NCBI GenBank assembly: GCA_963674745.2
Contig: CAXXDV010000001.1
Coordinates: 1,312,001-1,376,000, forward strand
Direction: 5' to 3'
Length of the DNA stretch: 64,000 nucleotides
DNA from: Desulfosudaceae bacterium
GTDB lineage: Bacteria; Desulfobacterota; Desulfobacteria; Desulfobacterales; Desulfosudaceae
Shown: positions 10,774-21,057 of the stretch, piece by piece
How the letters are laid out: every line of letters begins with the position of its first letter
How positions within the stretch are numbered: the first letter of the stretch is position 1
Position numbers and translations under genes: made by a program
The notes under the pieces: generated by a model
The model's input: only the letters and a program-made list of their open reading frames with translations
Told to the model about the DNA's origin: nothing
Database searches by the model: none

Positions 10774-10950
10774 GATGGCTTCGTAAAAAGTCCAATTGCC
10801 GCATGGCGGCCAGCTGCGTTGCGCTGCATCCTTCGGAATTTCAAGTACTTCTATGTACGCTGCATTCCTCAGGATTTGCGCGCCCCCAGTCTTAAGCCGG
10901 GGCTTGAACTTTTTACTTTGCCATCCCAATTTTGACTTTTCGAAGCCATC
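10774..10950. mobile_element. MITE-like non-coding element inside the trp operon
   Basis: Terminal inverted repeats GATGGCTTCGTAAAAAGTC...GACTTTTCGAAGCCATC; internal TIR copy ACTTTTTACTTTGCCATC; related copies elsewhere in window. Confidence 0.75.
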
Positions 10951-10969
10951 AAAAGAATAGGGGGGAGTT

Positions 10970-11989
10970 ATGTTTTCAGAGATTTTGTCCAAAATCATCA
11001 CCAGACAGGACCTTGGCCGGGAGGAAATTTCGATCGTGTTTACTGAAATTTTTTCCGGCAGCCTGACGGATGCCCAGATTGGCGCCTTTATCGCAGCACT
11101 GGCGGCAAAGGGAGAAACCTTTGAAGAACTGGCCGGTGCGGCCGAAGCCATGCGGCAGAAAGCCACCCGTGTGCAGGCCGCTTCGTCCATTGTCGTTGAT
11201 ACCTGCGGTACCGGCGGGGATAAAGCCGGTACGTTTAACATTTCAACCACGGCCGCTTTTGTCGTGGCCGGGTCAGGCGTCACCGTGGCCAAGCATGGTA
11301 ACCGTTCTATTTCCAGCAAGTGTGGCAGTGCCGATGTCCTGGAGGCTCTGGGTGTAAAACTGGATACCGAGCCGGAGGTGGCGGAAGAAGCGATCAATGA
11401 GATTAATATCGGCTTCATGTTTGCTCCCAGGTTTCACGGGGCCATGAAGTATGCCGCTGGCCCCAGAAAAGAACTCGGGGTGCGGACGATTTTTAACATC
11501 CTGGGACCGCTGACCAATCCGGCCGGCGCCAACTGCCAGGTGCTGGGGGTTTTTGCCACCCATTTGACCGAAATGGTGGCTGGCGCGCTCAACCTGCTGG
11601 GTTCCCGGCGTGCTTTTGTTGTTCACGGTCATGAAGGCCTGGATGAAATTTCGGTGTGTGCGCCCACCCGTGTGTCGGAATTAAAAGACAAAACCGTTTC
11701 TACCTATGATATTACGCCGGAACAGTTTTTCAGCGAGACGGCCAAAGCGCAGGAGCTGGCCGGAGGTACACCCGAAGAGAATGCCGGGATTACCCGCAAT
11801 GTTTTAAGTGGAAAAGATCAGGGCGCGCGCCGTAATGTCGTGGCCATCAATGCCGCCGCCGCCCTTGTGGCCGCGGACCAGGCCGATACGCTGGCGGACG
11901 GCCTGTCTCTGGCCAACGAAATTATTGACAGCGGAAGGGCCCTGGAAAAGCTGGAGCAATTAATTACCTTTACCAACGAGAACGGATGA
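10970..11989 (+). CDS. trpD: Anthranilate phosphoribosyltransferase
   Basis: DTCGTGGD..TFNIST, KHGNRS, GLDEIS. Confidence 0.97.
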   Translation: MFSEILSKIITRQDLGREEISIVFTEIFSGSLTDAQIGAFIAALAAKGETFEELAGAAEAMRQKATRVQAASSIVVDTCGTGGDKAGTFNISTTAAFVVAGSGVTVAKHGNRSISSKCGSADVLEALGVKLDTEPEVAEEAINEINIGFMFAPRFHGAMKYAAGPRKELGVRTIFNILGPLTNPAGANCQVLGVFATHLTEMVAGALNLLGSRRAFVVHGHEGLDEISVCAPTRVSELKDKTVSTYDITPEQFFSETAKAQELAGGTPEENAGITRNVLSGKDQGARRNVVAINAAAALVAADQADTLADGLSLANEIIDSGRALEKLEQLITFTNENG

Positions 11990-12031
11990 TGACTTCGTAA
12001 AAAGCTTACTTTGACTTTTTAGTAAGGCATT
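11988..12031. repeat. Minimal copy (TIR ends only) of the MITE-like family
   Basis: GATGACTTCGTAAAAAGC...GACTTTTTAGTAAGGCATT, overlapping the trpD TGA. Confidence 0.6.
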
Positions 12032-12037
12032 AATTTT

Positions 12038-12835
12038 ATGACTGAAGATATTCTGAAAAAGATCGCGGCCGCAAAAAAGGAAGAGGTCGCCGAAGCCCGG
12101 AAGCGTGTGCCGGAAGCAGCGCTGCGGCAACAAGCCGAAGCGCGGGACGGCCAGCGACCGTTTATAGAGCGGCTCCGACAGGCCCATGTTGACGGCATCG
12201 GCATTATCGCCGAGATCAAGCGGGCCTCGCCCTCCAGGGGCGATATCCGCGCCGACCTTGATGCTGCCGATTACGCCCGACGCTATGAACAGGGCGGCGC
12301 CACGGCCATTTCCGTGTTGACCGACAGCCGGTTTTTCAAAGGGTCTCTGGCAGATCTTGTTGAGGCACGAAAAAACAGCACCCTGCCGGTGTTGAGAAAA
12401 GATTTTCTCATCGATCCCTACCAGTTTTATGAGGCGGCGGCGGCCGGTGCGGACGCGGTTCTGCTGATTGTCCGCATGCTGTCCGGGGACCGGTTATCCG
12501 ATTTTTTAAGTCTGTGCCGGGAATTGCGGCTGGACCCTCTGGTAGAGGTGCATGATGACGCCGATCTGGAAAAGGCCACCCGATCCGGGGCGGAGCTGAT
12601 CGGCATCAACAACCGCGATCTGCGGACCTTCAGAACCGACATTGCCGTTGCCACCCGGCTGGTGTCCCGTTTTAACGACCGCCAGATTCCCGTGGCGGCC
12701 AGCGGCATCAGCATGCCGGATGATATCCGCGCCACCCGAAAAGCCGGAATTAATAATTTTTTGATCGGCGAAAGCCTGGTCCGGGCGGATGATACGGTTG
12801 CTTTTCTACGGCAGCTGGTGGAAGCGGCTGAATGA
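12038..12835 (+). CDS. trpC: Indole-3-glycerol phosphate synthase
   Basis: IAEIKRASPSRG, LRKDFL, GINNRDL. Confidence 0.97.
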   Translation: MTEDILKKIAAAKKEEVAEARKRVPEAALRQQAEARDGQRPFIERLRQAHVDGIGIIAEIKRASPSRGDIRADLDAADYARRYEQGGATAISVLTDSRFFKGSLADLVEARKNSTLPVLRKDFLIDPYQFYEAAAAGADAVLLIVRMLSGDRLSDFLSLCRELRLDPLVEVHDDADLEKATRSGAELIGINNRDLRTFRTDIAVATRLVSRFNDRQIPVAASGISMPDDIRATRKAGINNFLIGESLVRADDTVAFLRQLVEAAE

Positions 12836-12881
12836 AGAACATGTGTGTTAAAACAATAAAAAGTTAACGGGCCTGAAGAAA

Positions 12882-13343
12882 TTGAAAAGAAATATTTTTG
12901 AAATACTGGTGTCGCTGTTATGGGGCACGGCCGCATACATGCTCTATGTGCAAATTTTAAGCGTGGTCAGCACCAAAACCGTCGAGACCTTCGGGGTACT
13001 CAAACACGTTCCTGTTGGTGTGGGCGCGTTTAATTTACGATTAATGGTTTATTACGCTGTTTTAATTTTTCACGACACATTAATCGGATTACCCCTTTTT
13101 ATCATGTTCGGCATGGTTTTGGGGCTGTCCATATCAAAATATCATTTCAGCAGGCCGCTGCTTCTTTGCGCGGGCTTTTTTTTAACCCAGTTTTATTATT
13201 TGTTTATAAGGTTTAATTTCGGGTACGCGATCCCCGCTTATGTAGTCGTCATACGCGCCGCACTGATAGCGCTTCTGCTGGTTTTCTTTACCCGGCTGGG
13301 GTGCACGATTAAAAGGAAATGGGAGGATCAGGCGAGCGAATAA
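12882..13343 (+). CDS. Hypothetical membrane protein (~4 TM) inserted between trpC and trpF
   Basis: 153 aa hydrophobic ORF, TTG start, visibly AT-richer than flanking trp genes. Confidence 0.65.
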   Translation: MKRNIFEILVSLLWGTAAYMLYVQILSVVSTKTVETFGVLKHVPVGVGAFNLRLMVYYAVLIFHDTLIGLPLFIMFGMVLGLSISKYHFSRPLLLCAGFFLTQFYYLFIRFNFGYAIPAYVVVIRAALIALLLVFFTRLGCTIKRKWEDQASE

Positions 13344-13382
13344 ACGGCTTTTACAAAGTTAAAGAGGCACAAAAGCGATTAA

Positions 13383-14078
13383 ATGAATTTTACAGACGAC
13401 AAAACAGAACTCCAGACGCCGCAGGTGAAGATCTGCGGGATTACCACGCCGGAGACCGCCGAGGCCTGTGTGCGGCTGGGGGCTGATGCCATCGGCTGTG
13501 TGTTTTTTGCCAAAAGCCCCCGGAATATCAGCCAGGAACAGGCCAGGGAGATCTGCGCGGCTGTAAGCGGCCGGGTGGCGACGGTGGGTGTGTTTGTTAA
13601 CGAGCCGGCCGATACGGTTGCAAAAATCGTGGCCGAATGCGGGTTTTCCTGTGCCCAGCTGCATGGAAAAGAGCCACAAAAAACCGTTGATCAGCTCCTG
13701 GGGCAGGGCATTACCGTGGTCAAGGCACTGTTTGCCACAAGGGAACCGTATATTGGGGAGGCTGGGCAATACTGTCCCTCGGCATATCTGGTGGAATGCG
13801 GTAGAGGTTCTCTTCCCGGCGGCAATGCCGAAGTCTGGGACTGGCGCGGCGCCCGAAAAGCGCGGCAGGCCGGGCCGTTGATCCTGGCCGGTGGCCTGTC
13901 TCCGGACAATGTGGCGGCAGCCATAAAAGAGGTGTTTCCGGATGCGGTTGATGTGAGTTCCGGTGTGGAAGCGGCGCCTGGAAAAAAAGATTTAAAAAAG
14001 GTGGCATTATTTATAACGGCTGTCCGCCGGAGCGTTAGCGCATATCCCTCCGGCAGGACCATAAGGAGGATGTTTTAA
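13383..14078 (+). CDS. trpF: Phosphoribosylanthranilate isomerase
   Basis: VKICGIT, QLHG, LAGGL, DVSSGVE. Confidence 0.96.
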   Translation: MNFTDDKTELQTPQVKICGITTPETAEACVRLGADAIGCVFFAKSPRNISQEQAREICAAVSGRVATVGVFVNEPADTVAKIVAECGFSCAQLHGKEPQKTVDQLLGQGITVVKALFATREPYIGEAGQYCPSAYLVECGRGSLPGGNAEVWDWRGARKARQAGPLILAGGLSPDNVAAAIKEVFPDAVDVSSGVEAAPGKKDLKKVALFITAVRRSVSAYPSGRTIRRMF

Positions 14079-15301
14079 TGACGGTGGATACTGTGAGCAA
14101 CGGGTCGGTAATCGGCAAATATCCGGATGAGAGGGGTCACTTCGGAGATTACGGCGGCATGTATATTGCCGAAACCTTGATGCCGGCCGTGTTGGAGTTA
14201 AATGAACAAAGGCTGAAAATCATGTCTGATCCGGCTTTCCAGGCGGAATTGAACCAGCTGCTGGCCGATTACGTGGGGCGGCCAACGCCCCTGTATTTTG
14301 CCAGTCGGCTGACGGAAGCCTTAAAAGGGGCAAGGGTGTATTTAAAGCGGGAAGACCTGGCCCATACCGGCGCCCACAAAATAAACAACACCATCGGTCA
14401 GGCCTTGCTGGCCAAATGGATGGGTAAAAACCGGGTCATCGCCGAAACCGGCGCCGGTCAGCACGGTGTGGCCACGGCCACGGCCGCGGCCCTGCTGGGT
14501 ATGGAATGCCAAGTGTTCATGGGGGTCGAAGACATCGAACGCCAGGCGCCCAACGTCAAACGCATGAAATTGCTGGGGGCGACCGTTACCCCCGTCCAGT
14601 CCGGCACCGGCACCTTGAAAGATGCCATGAACGAAGCCATGCGGCACTGGGTTTCCACCGTGCGCAACACCTTTTACGTCATCGGTTCTGTGGCCGGCCC
14701 CCATCCCTACCCCGCCATGGTTCGCGATTTTCAAAAAGTTGTCGGGGAAGAGACCCGGGAGCAGATCTTGGCCCTTGAGGGGCGGTTGCCGGACCTGCTG
14801 ATCGCCTGTGTGGGCGGCGGCAGCAATGCCATGGGCCTGTTTTATCCGTTTATTGATGACCCGGTCGAAATGATCGGCGTCGAAGCCGGTGGCCGGGGAC
14901 TGGATACCACCGAGCACGCGGCCACACTTAATTGCGGTACCATCGGCGTACTGCATGGTTCCAAGTCTTACGTGCTGCAGGACGAACAGGGACAGATCGC
15001 GCCGGTTCACTCCATTTCGGCCGGGCTGGATTATCCCGGCGTGGGGCCCGAGCACTCGCTGTTAAGGGATTTGAAGCGGGTTCGTTATGTCTCGGCCACT
15101 GATGAAGAGGCCCTGGCTGCCTTTCACCGGTTGTGCCGGCTGGAGGGTATTATTCCGGCTCTGGAAAGCGCGCACGCTCTGGCCGGTGCCATCGGCGTGG
15201 TTCCGGATATGCCGTCAGACAGTATCGTTGTGGTCAATCTTTCCGGCCGGGGAGACAAAGATCTTGGTATTATTGAAGCCAGTGAAAAAGCGGCCGTATA
15301 A
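14078..15301 (+). CDS. trpB: Tryptophan synthase beta chain
   Basis: [41 protein letters not shown]. Confidence 0.98.
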   Translation: MTVDTVSNGSVIGKYPDERGHFGDYGGMYIAETLMPAVLELNEQRLKIMSDPAFQAELNQLLADYVGRPTPLYFASRLTEALKGARVYLKREDLAHTGAHKINNTIGQALLAKWMGKNRVIAETGAGQHGVATATAAALLGMECQVFMGVEDIERQAPNVKRMKLLGATVTPVQSGTGTLKDAMNEAMRHWVSTVRNTFYVIGSVAGPHPYPAMVRDFQKVVGEETREQILALEGRLPDLLIACVGGGSNAMGLFYPFIDDPVEMIGVEAGGRGLDTTEHAATLNCGTIGVLHGSKSYVLQDEQGQIAPVHSISAGLDYPGVGPEHSLLRDLKRVRYVSATDEEALAAFHRLCRLEGIIPALESAHALAGAIGVVPDMPSDSIVVVNLSGRGDKDLGIIEASEKAAV

Positions 15302-15313
15302 CAGGAGAACGAC

Positions 15314-16114
15314 ATGGATCGAATTAAAGAAAAGTTCAAAACGCTGGCTGATGCCAAACAAAAAGCCTTGGTGGGGTTTGTGACCGCGGGCGACCCCGAC
15401 CTTTCGACGTCAAAAAAGATTATTTCCGCCATGTGCCGCTCGGGGGTTGATATCCTGGAGCTGGGTGTTCCGTTTTCCGATCCCACGGCCGACGGACCGG
15501 TCATTCAACGTTCATCGGAAAGAGCGGTTAATAATGGTGTGACGTTGTCGACCGTTCTGGATATGACGGCTGATTTGCGCAAAGAAACAGACACCCCCGT
15601 TATTTTGTTTTCCTACTACAACCCGATTTATGCATATGGGGCCGAATCTTTTTATCAGGCCGCGGTTGAAGCCGGAGCCGATGGTGTTCTGGTGGTTGAT
15701 CTGCCGCCCGAAGAGTCCGAAGAGCTGACCGCCTGCTGGACCAGAAAAAATTTCTCTCTGATCCGGCTGGTGGCACCGACCACGCCGCCGGAAAGGATCA
15801 CCACCATAACCGCTGCCGCGACCGGGTTTGTCTATCTGGTTTCCATGACCGGCGTGACCGGCAGCAATGGCCTGCAAACCGAATCCCTGGCTGATTTGTG
15901 TCAACGGGTAAAAACAACTACCGCCCTGCCCGTGTGTGTCGGTTTCGGCATTTCCACGGTCGAAGATGTGGCCCGGGTATCCCGGGCGGCCGACGGTGTG
16001 GTTATCGGCAGTGCTTTTGAGCGGTTGATTGAAGAAAACCTGGAGAATCCCGACCTACCGGAAATTATGGCCGAACGGGTCCGCCAATACAAGGCGGCCA
16101 CCAGACTGTCATGA
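15314..16114 (+). CDS. trpA: Tryptophan synthase alpha chain
   Basis: ELGVPFSDPTADGPVIQ, DLPPEE, GFGIS. Confidence 0.98.
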   Translation: MDRIKEKFKTLADAKQKALVGFVTAGDPDLSTSKKIISAMCRSGVDILELGVPFSDPTADGPVIQRSSERAVNNGVTLSTVLDMTADLRKETDTPVILFSYYNPIYAYGAESFYQAAVEAGADGVLVVDLPPEESEELTACWTRKNFSLIRLVAPTTPPERITTITAAATGFVYLVSMTGVTGSNGLQTESLADLCQRVKTTTALPVCVGFGISTVEDVARVSRAADGVVIGSAFERLIEENLENPDLPEIMAERVRQYKAATRLS

Positions 16115-18054
16115 GCGACCGGCGGCGGATCATCTCTGCCAGGGAGTCGTCTCTGCTTCTGGGTATTTCCGAAGGGACCGTGCGAAACTGGGTCCGGCAT
16201 GGATACCTGAGGCCGGTTAAAGAGAACCCAAAAGCCTTTTATTACAGCGATGTTCTGAAGACAAAAAAGCAACTGGCTTCGGGGGAAATTCGGCGACTGA
16301 ACCAGCGGGCTAATCGGACGCGACTTGAAAGAACGATTATACCGGTCGGATATGTTGATGATGCAGTGCTGCGGGCGCGGGCGAAAAAAATTTGCGCTAT
16401 CCTGGTTGCCCGTCGGCTGGGCCTTGAGCCGGCCATGTTCTGTTTGGCCATGCGGCTGCTGGTACTGAAAAAAGAGGTTCGGCTGGATAATCCCGCCCGA
16501 ATGTTCCAGGCCCGGGCTTATTCCGGATGGCAGCGACCGACCATAAAAGCGGAAATGCTCGATTGGCTTGCCTCAGGAAAGCGCTTTTCGGACAAACGTG
16601 CTGATAACTATCTTGACCTCTACCATGTGGTTGAATCGGCCACCCGTGATGATCTGCTCGGGCTGCTGTATCAGGCCTTGCGCCGGGAAGGCCGGCGCTC
16701 CCGCCAGGGCATGTATTACACGCCGGCGGATCTGCTGGCCGGCGTGTTTGCCGGGGCGTGTCGGAACAGGGGCAGTTTTCTGGACCCCTGCTGCGGGACC
16801 GGCCGGTTTCTGGCGCATGCCGCCCGGTCGGGAGGATATCAGCCCGAAGACCTGGTCGGGTTTGACATTGATCCCATGGCCGTGCGTATTGCCCGGATCA
16901 ACTTGCTGCTGATTTTCAACGACAGGGAGTTTGCCCCGCAAGTTTTCTGCCTGGATGTTCTGGATTCAAAAAAAATCCGGCCTTTCCAGAAGCGTTTCGG
17001 GTTAATCGCCACGAATCCGCCCTGGGGGGCGACAATTACCCCGGCTCAACGCACCCGCCTTCAAAAGGCATTTCCCCTTGTTTCTTCCGGCGAGTCCTTT
17101 TCTTATTTTTTGGCCGCCGGTTTGGATTTGCTGGCCAAAGACGGTAGATTGTCTTATATTCTTCCCGAGTCTTTTTTAAACATCCGCACGCACCGGGATA
17201 TTCGTAAACATCTGCTTTCTTCATCAACGCTGGCGGCCGTCACCTTTTTAGGAAGACGGTTTGGCGAGGTGCTGTCGCCCGCGATTCGGGTCGATGTAAC
17301 CAAAAACCCCCCATCAAAAAAAGTAAAAACCGGGATTGTTTTTCAAGGCGGCCGGACCCACGCGGTGCCGCAAGGCCGGTTTTTGGACAATCGCAACTAT
17401 ATTATTGACGCTTGGATGACCGAACCGGAAAATGCGATTATAAAAAAGATATATCATTTTCCGCATGTTACCCTGGCCGGTACGGCGGACTGGGCCCTGG
17501 GGATCGTCACCGGTGACAACCGGCAATTCGTGTCCGACGTCTGCAAAAAAGGGATGGAACCGGTTTTTCGAGGCAAAGATGTTGAAAAGTACCGGCTGAA
17601 AAAGCCGGATGGGTTTATCCGCTTTGCGCCGGAGCGGTTTCAGCAGACAGCGCCGGAAAGCATTTACCGGACCGGGGAAAAGCTGGTCTATCGTTTTGTT
17701 TCCCGCCGCCTGGTATTTGCCCTTGACAACACCGGCGCCCTGACGCTTAACAGTGCCAATGTCCTGATTCCGAAAATAAGCGGTTATCCCTTAAAAGCCG
17801 TTCTGGGGGTGTTGAACTCCAGTCTCAGCCAGTTTGTGTTCGAGAAAAAATTTCATTCATTAAAGGTCCTGCGAAAGGACCTGGAATCTCTGCCCCTGCC
17901 CCTGCCGGGAAAAGACCGGCTTCGGGAAATGGTCAGGCTGGTTGACCGGGCCCTGGCCGGGGAGGACGTTGCCGTTGCCATTGACCGGCTGATCATGAGT
18001 GATCTGGGGTTGTCCGATGAAGAGATGCGGATTGTTCTGGAAGCAGGAACTTAA
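16111..18054 (+). CDS. N6-adenine DNA methyltransferase (gamma class, TaqI-like C-terminus) with N-terminal MerR/excisionase-like HTH
   Basis: GMYYTP, FLDPCCGTGRFL (motif I), ATNPPWG (motif IV), LGIVTGDN, LNS..., N-terminal LLGISEGTVRNWVRHG. Confidence 0.88.
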   Translation: MSDRRRIISARESSLLLGISEGTVRNWVRHGYLRPVKENPKAFYYSDVLKTKKQLASGEIRRLNQRANRTRLERTIIPVGYVDDAVLRARAKKICAILVARRLGLEPAMFCLAMRLLVLKKEVRLDNPARMFQARAYSGWQRPTIKAEMLDWLASGKRFSDKRADNYLDLYHVVESATRDDLLGLLYQALRREGRRSRQGMYYTPADLLAGVFAGACRNRGSFLDPCCGTGRFLAHAARSGGYQPEDLVGFDIDPMAVRIARINLLLIFNDREFAPQVFCLDVLDSKKIRPFQKRFGLIATNPPWGATITPAQRTRLQKAFPLVSSGESFSYFLAAGLDLLAKDGRLSYILPESFLNIRTHRDIRKHLLSSSTLAAVTFLGRRFGEVLSPAIRVDVTKNPPSKKVKTGIVFQGGRTHAVPQGRFLDNRNYIIDAWMTEPENAIIKKIYHFPHVTLAGTADWALGIVTGDNRQFVSDVCKKGMEPVFRGKDVEKYRLKKPDGFIRFAPERFQQTAPESIYRTGEKLVYRFVSRRLVFALDNTGALTLNSANVLIPKISGYPLKAVLGVLNSSLSQFVFEKKFHSLKVLRKDLESLPLPLPGKDRLREMVRLVDRALAGEDVAVAIDRLIMSDLGLSDEEMRIVLEAGT

Positions 18055-18084
18055 TTTTTTAATTAAATAACCAGGCTATGTATA

Positions 18085-18107
18085 CACGGGCCAAGCGGAG
18101 CTTGCCC
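18085..18107. repeat. Second copy of the REP-like hairpin
   Basis: CACGGGCCAAGCGGAGCTTGCCC resembles 5549-5575; also lies between convergent genes. Confidence 0.5.
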
Positions 18108-18131
18108 TTCATCGTTTTTAGAAGCAAATGC

Positions 18132-18527
18132 TTATTTTTTCGGGGTTTTGCGGAAAGCCACGCCCTGCATGGCGGCGATGGGTGCGCCGCTTTCGTTGTA
18201 GACCGTCATCTGGTAGGTACCCAGCTTTCGGCTGACCGAGACCTCTTTCGCTTCAGCGGTCAGGCGTTCGCCGGTTGCGGCGGCTTTCAGGTAGGAGATA
18301 CTGACCGACACCGCCACGGCGTCGATGCCGTGGGAATTGCAGGCCGCGGCAAAAGCCAGGTCGGCCACGGTGAAAATAGCACCGCCATGGGCCATTTTCA
18401 GTCCGTTTAAGTGTTTATCTTCTACGGTCATTTCCGCTTTGGCATAGCCGGCTGAGACTTCAAGCAGGCGAACGCCGACGGTTTCCGCAAATCGATCCTT
18501 ATCTACGGCTGTGCTGATGAAGGACAT
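18132..18527 (-). CDS. PaaI family hotdog-fold thioesterase
   Basis: HLNGLKMAHGGAIFTVADLAFAAACNS. Confidence 0.9.
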   Translation of the reverse strand: MSFISTAVDKDRFAETVGVRLLEVSAGYAKAEMTVEDKHLNGLKMAHGGAIFTVADLAFAAACNSHGIDAVAVSVSISYLKAAATGERLTAEAKEVSVSRKLGTYQMTVYNESGAPIAAMQGVAFRKTPKK

Positions 18528-18542
18528 GGTCGTTCCTTAATG

Positions 18543-19610
18543 TCAATTTTTGGCCACACTTTTTCCGGTATTGCTCCCGGTCTTCAGGTAGGCCTCGATC
18601 TTCTGCCGGGATGGTGTTTCCTCCGGCCCGGGACCTTGCAGGATGGTGTCGATCAGCTTGTCATCGTCAAGGGCGGTGTCCATCACTTTTTTATTACAGG
18701 TGCGTCCGGAAAGATAACTTTTCAGCAGAAAACGGATGGCTTTTTTCTTGCTTTCATCAGAACCCCAGCCATAAAGCAGGGTTTCACTGATCCGGCCGTT
18801 GCCGTCATCAAGAACGTCATCAATCGCCCGGCTTTCCCTGATCATATCAATAAAATCCGTATCCTGAATAAACTCTCTGAGCCTGGCCACCAGAACACTT
18901 TTGGTTTCTTCTCTGTTCGTCTGAAAGTTTTCGCAAATCTCCCTGTCCGGCGATGTTTTGGCCTGTTCGATATATTTTTCCTTTTTGAACATGTCTTTCA
19001 TGTTCATAAAGGTGTTGTAGATATTATATTTTGTGGCGAAATTGGTCATCCATTCCGGGATGCTGCCGCCAATGTCGGCACGGTAGGTCTGGACAATACC
19101 GGTTTTTTCCCTGGTTACATATTCAAACACATACTGGCCTTTTATGTACGGCATCCGGATGTGACTTTCTCTGGGGGGGTAGGCGACCTCTTCGAACGTG
19201 ATAAAATCGGTGACCGCCCGGGCGTGAGCCAAGTCATATTTTGTAACGGTATTGATTACAACGTCCCGGTCCTTTACCGGCCAGGGAAGGTCGATAGAGA
19301 AATAGGTGCTGAAGTGGTTACGGTCTTTTAACGTTACAACAAAAGCCTTGTCGCAGTCCGGCAGCCATTCCGTCATGGCGGGCGTGTCCCTCAGCGCTTC
19401 GGCGACAACTTCAGCCCGGGCGTCAACCACCATAACCGCCCGGAATTCAAAAATGCCGGAACCGGCCACTTTACGGGAATAGGCCTTGATGCCGTTTTTA
19501 TTCATGACCATTTCCCAGTCACTGCCGCATTCATCGGCAATGGACCGGTTGGTCGTTAAGGTCAGGCAACAGGTCATCAAAACCAAGCAGAACAACTTTT
19601 TCATTAACAT
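18543..19610 (-). CDS. Secreted START-domain lipid-binding protein with C-terminal extension
   Basis: Signal peptide; WEMV..KNGIK.YSR, LPWPVKDRDVV, DIGGSIPEW. Confidence 0.8.
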   Translation of the reverse strand: MLMKKLFCLVLMTCCLTLTTNRSIADECGSDWEMVMNKNGIKAYSRKVAGSGIFEFRAVMVVDARAEVVAEALRDTPAMTEWLPDCDKAFVVTLKDRNHFSTYFSIDLPWPVKDRDVVINTVTKYDLAHARAVTDFITFEEVAYPPRESHIRMPYIKGQYVFEYVTREKTGIVQTYRADIGGSIPEWMTNFATKYNIYNTFMNMKDMFKKEKYIEQAKTSPDREICENFQTNREETKSVLVARLREFIQDTDFIDMIRESRAIDDVLDDGNGRISETLLYGWGSDESKKKAIRFLLKSYLSGRTCNKKVMDTALDDDKLIDTILQGPGPEETPSRQKIEAYLKTGSNTGKSVAKN

Positions 19611-19917
19611 GGGTCCTTTGTATGCCTACAGGCTTTTAAGATTTTTTCTTTCTTTAAAACACATGATCTCAGTTGGGTATCCCATGTCCGCCAATAAGTC
19701 AAGAACATAAAACCCGCATACTTAGTAACAACCTGTTATTGCGATAATAATCAGCCATACCCCGGGGTGTTAAGCCGCGGGCGTTTAAAAGCGGTGGCGG
19801 CCCACCGCCGGTCACAGGAAAAAGAAACGATTTCCGTCTTGACATGTATGGCCGGGGGGTGAAGAATGCGGGTGTCAGCATCGTTTACGGTGCGGCCTTT
19901 TCAAAAAAGGACGGAAC

Positions 19918-20718
19918 ATGAACAAAAAGAACCTTTTAATAGAAGAAACGATCGAAAACGTCGGCCTTCTTACCTTTAATCGTCCGGAAAAGCGCAACGC
20001 TTTATCTCCGGAGCTGCTGGTCCTGCTTCATTTAACCCTTTCCCGATGGGCAAAGAGAGGGGATATCCGGGCGGTGATTATAACCGGCGGTGGCGGCCGG
20101 GCTTTTTCTTCGGGCTTTGATGTGACCGCGATTCCTACGGATGTCTCACCAGAGATGGCGGAAATTTTGAAAACCACCAATCCGCTTACGCTGGGCCTGG
20201 AAAGTATCCGTAATTATCCTTATCCGGTTATTGCCATGATGAACGGTTATGCCTTTGGCGCAGGCCTGAACCTGGCCATCTGTTGCGACATCCGCATTGC
20301 GGTGGACACCATCAAGGTCGGCATGCCGCCGGCAAAACTGGGCCTGGTTTATGCCTCCGAAGGGTTAAAGCAGTTTTGTGATGTCCTGGGATCGGCCAGA
20401 ACCCGGGAGGTGTTTTTTACCGCCCGGACCTACGAAGGAGCCGAAGTCCTTGAGGCCGGGTTTGTCAATCGCCTGGTACCGGAGGCTGAGCTCAAAACCG
20501 TCACCCTGGAGACGGCCGGAGAAATTGCCGCCAATGCGCCCCTGTCCCTTAAAGGCATGAAAGAGATTCTAAACCTGCTGGACCGCAACCCCGAACTCCC
20601 CCCGGGAGATCTTGAACGGGCTGAAACCCTTGTCAAACAGGGCTTTGCCAGTAAAGATCTGGCCGAGGGGCAGACCGCTTTTCTGGAAAAAAGGCGGCCG
20701 GTTTTCACGGGAGAATAA
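19918..20718 (+). CDS. Enoyl-CoA hydratase/isomerase family protein
   Basis: NRPEKRNAL, AFSSGFD, NGYAFGAG, FLEKRRPVF. Confidence 0.92.
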   Translation: MNKKNLLIEETIENVGLLTFNRPEKRNALSPELLVLLHLTLSRWAKRGDIRAVIITGGGGRAFSSGFDVTAIPTDVSPEMAEILKTTNPLTLGLESIRNYPYPVIAMMNGYAFGAGLNLAICCDIRIAVDTIKVGMPPAKLGLVYASEGLKQFCDVLGSARTREVFFTARTYEGAEVLEAGFVNRLVPEAELKTVTLETAGEIAANAPLSLKGMKEILNLLDRNPELPPGDLERAETLVKQGFASKDLAEGQTAFLEKRRPVFTGE

Positions 20719-21057
20719 AAGCTGTTTTTAATTAACCTGTGAAAGCCAGGGGGACAGAAGAAGCCTCATTCTTTTAATGTAAAGTTAACACAAAAAGAAG
20801 ACAGGAATAACGCTAAAACAGTTGACAAAAACGTATAATTAGGATAAACAACGTATAACTTTATATATTTCTTAATATAAAAAAGGTTTTCTCACATTGT
20901 TGTCCTTAATAATACAGAAAAATGGTGGTTTCAGCCTTGCGCCACCAGGAACCAAAGTCCTGTAAAGATCTGCTTCCAACCAATTTTGGCTGACAAGCGT
21001 ATAATCAGGTAACGCGTAACGTATTTGCATTTTGTAACCTAATCAAGGGGAGGACTT

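Noticed and set aside
10687..11418. 243-aa minus-strand ORF
   Set aside because: Antisense to trpD and reading through the MITE; no transposase motifs
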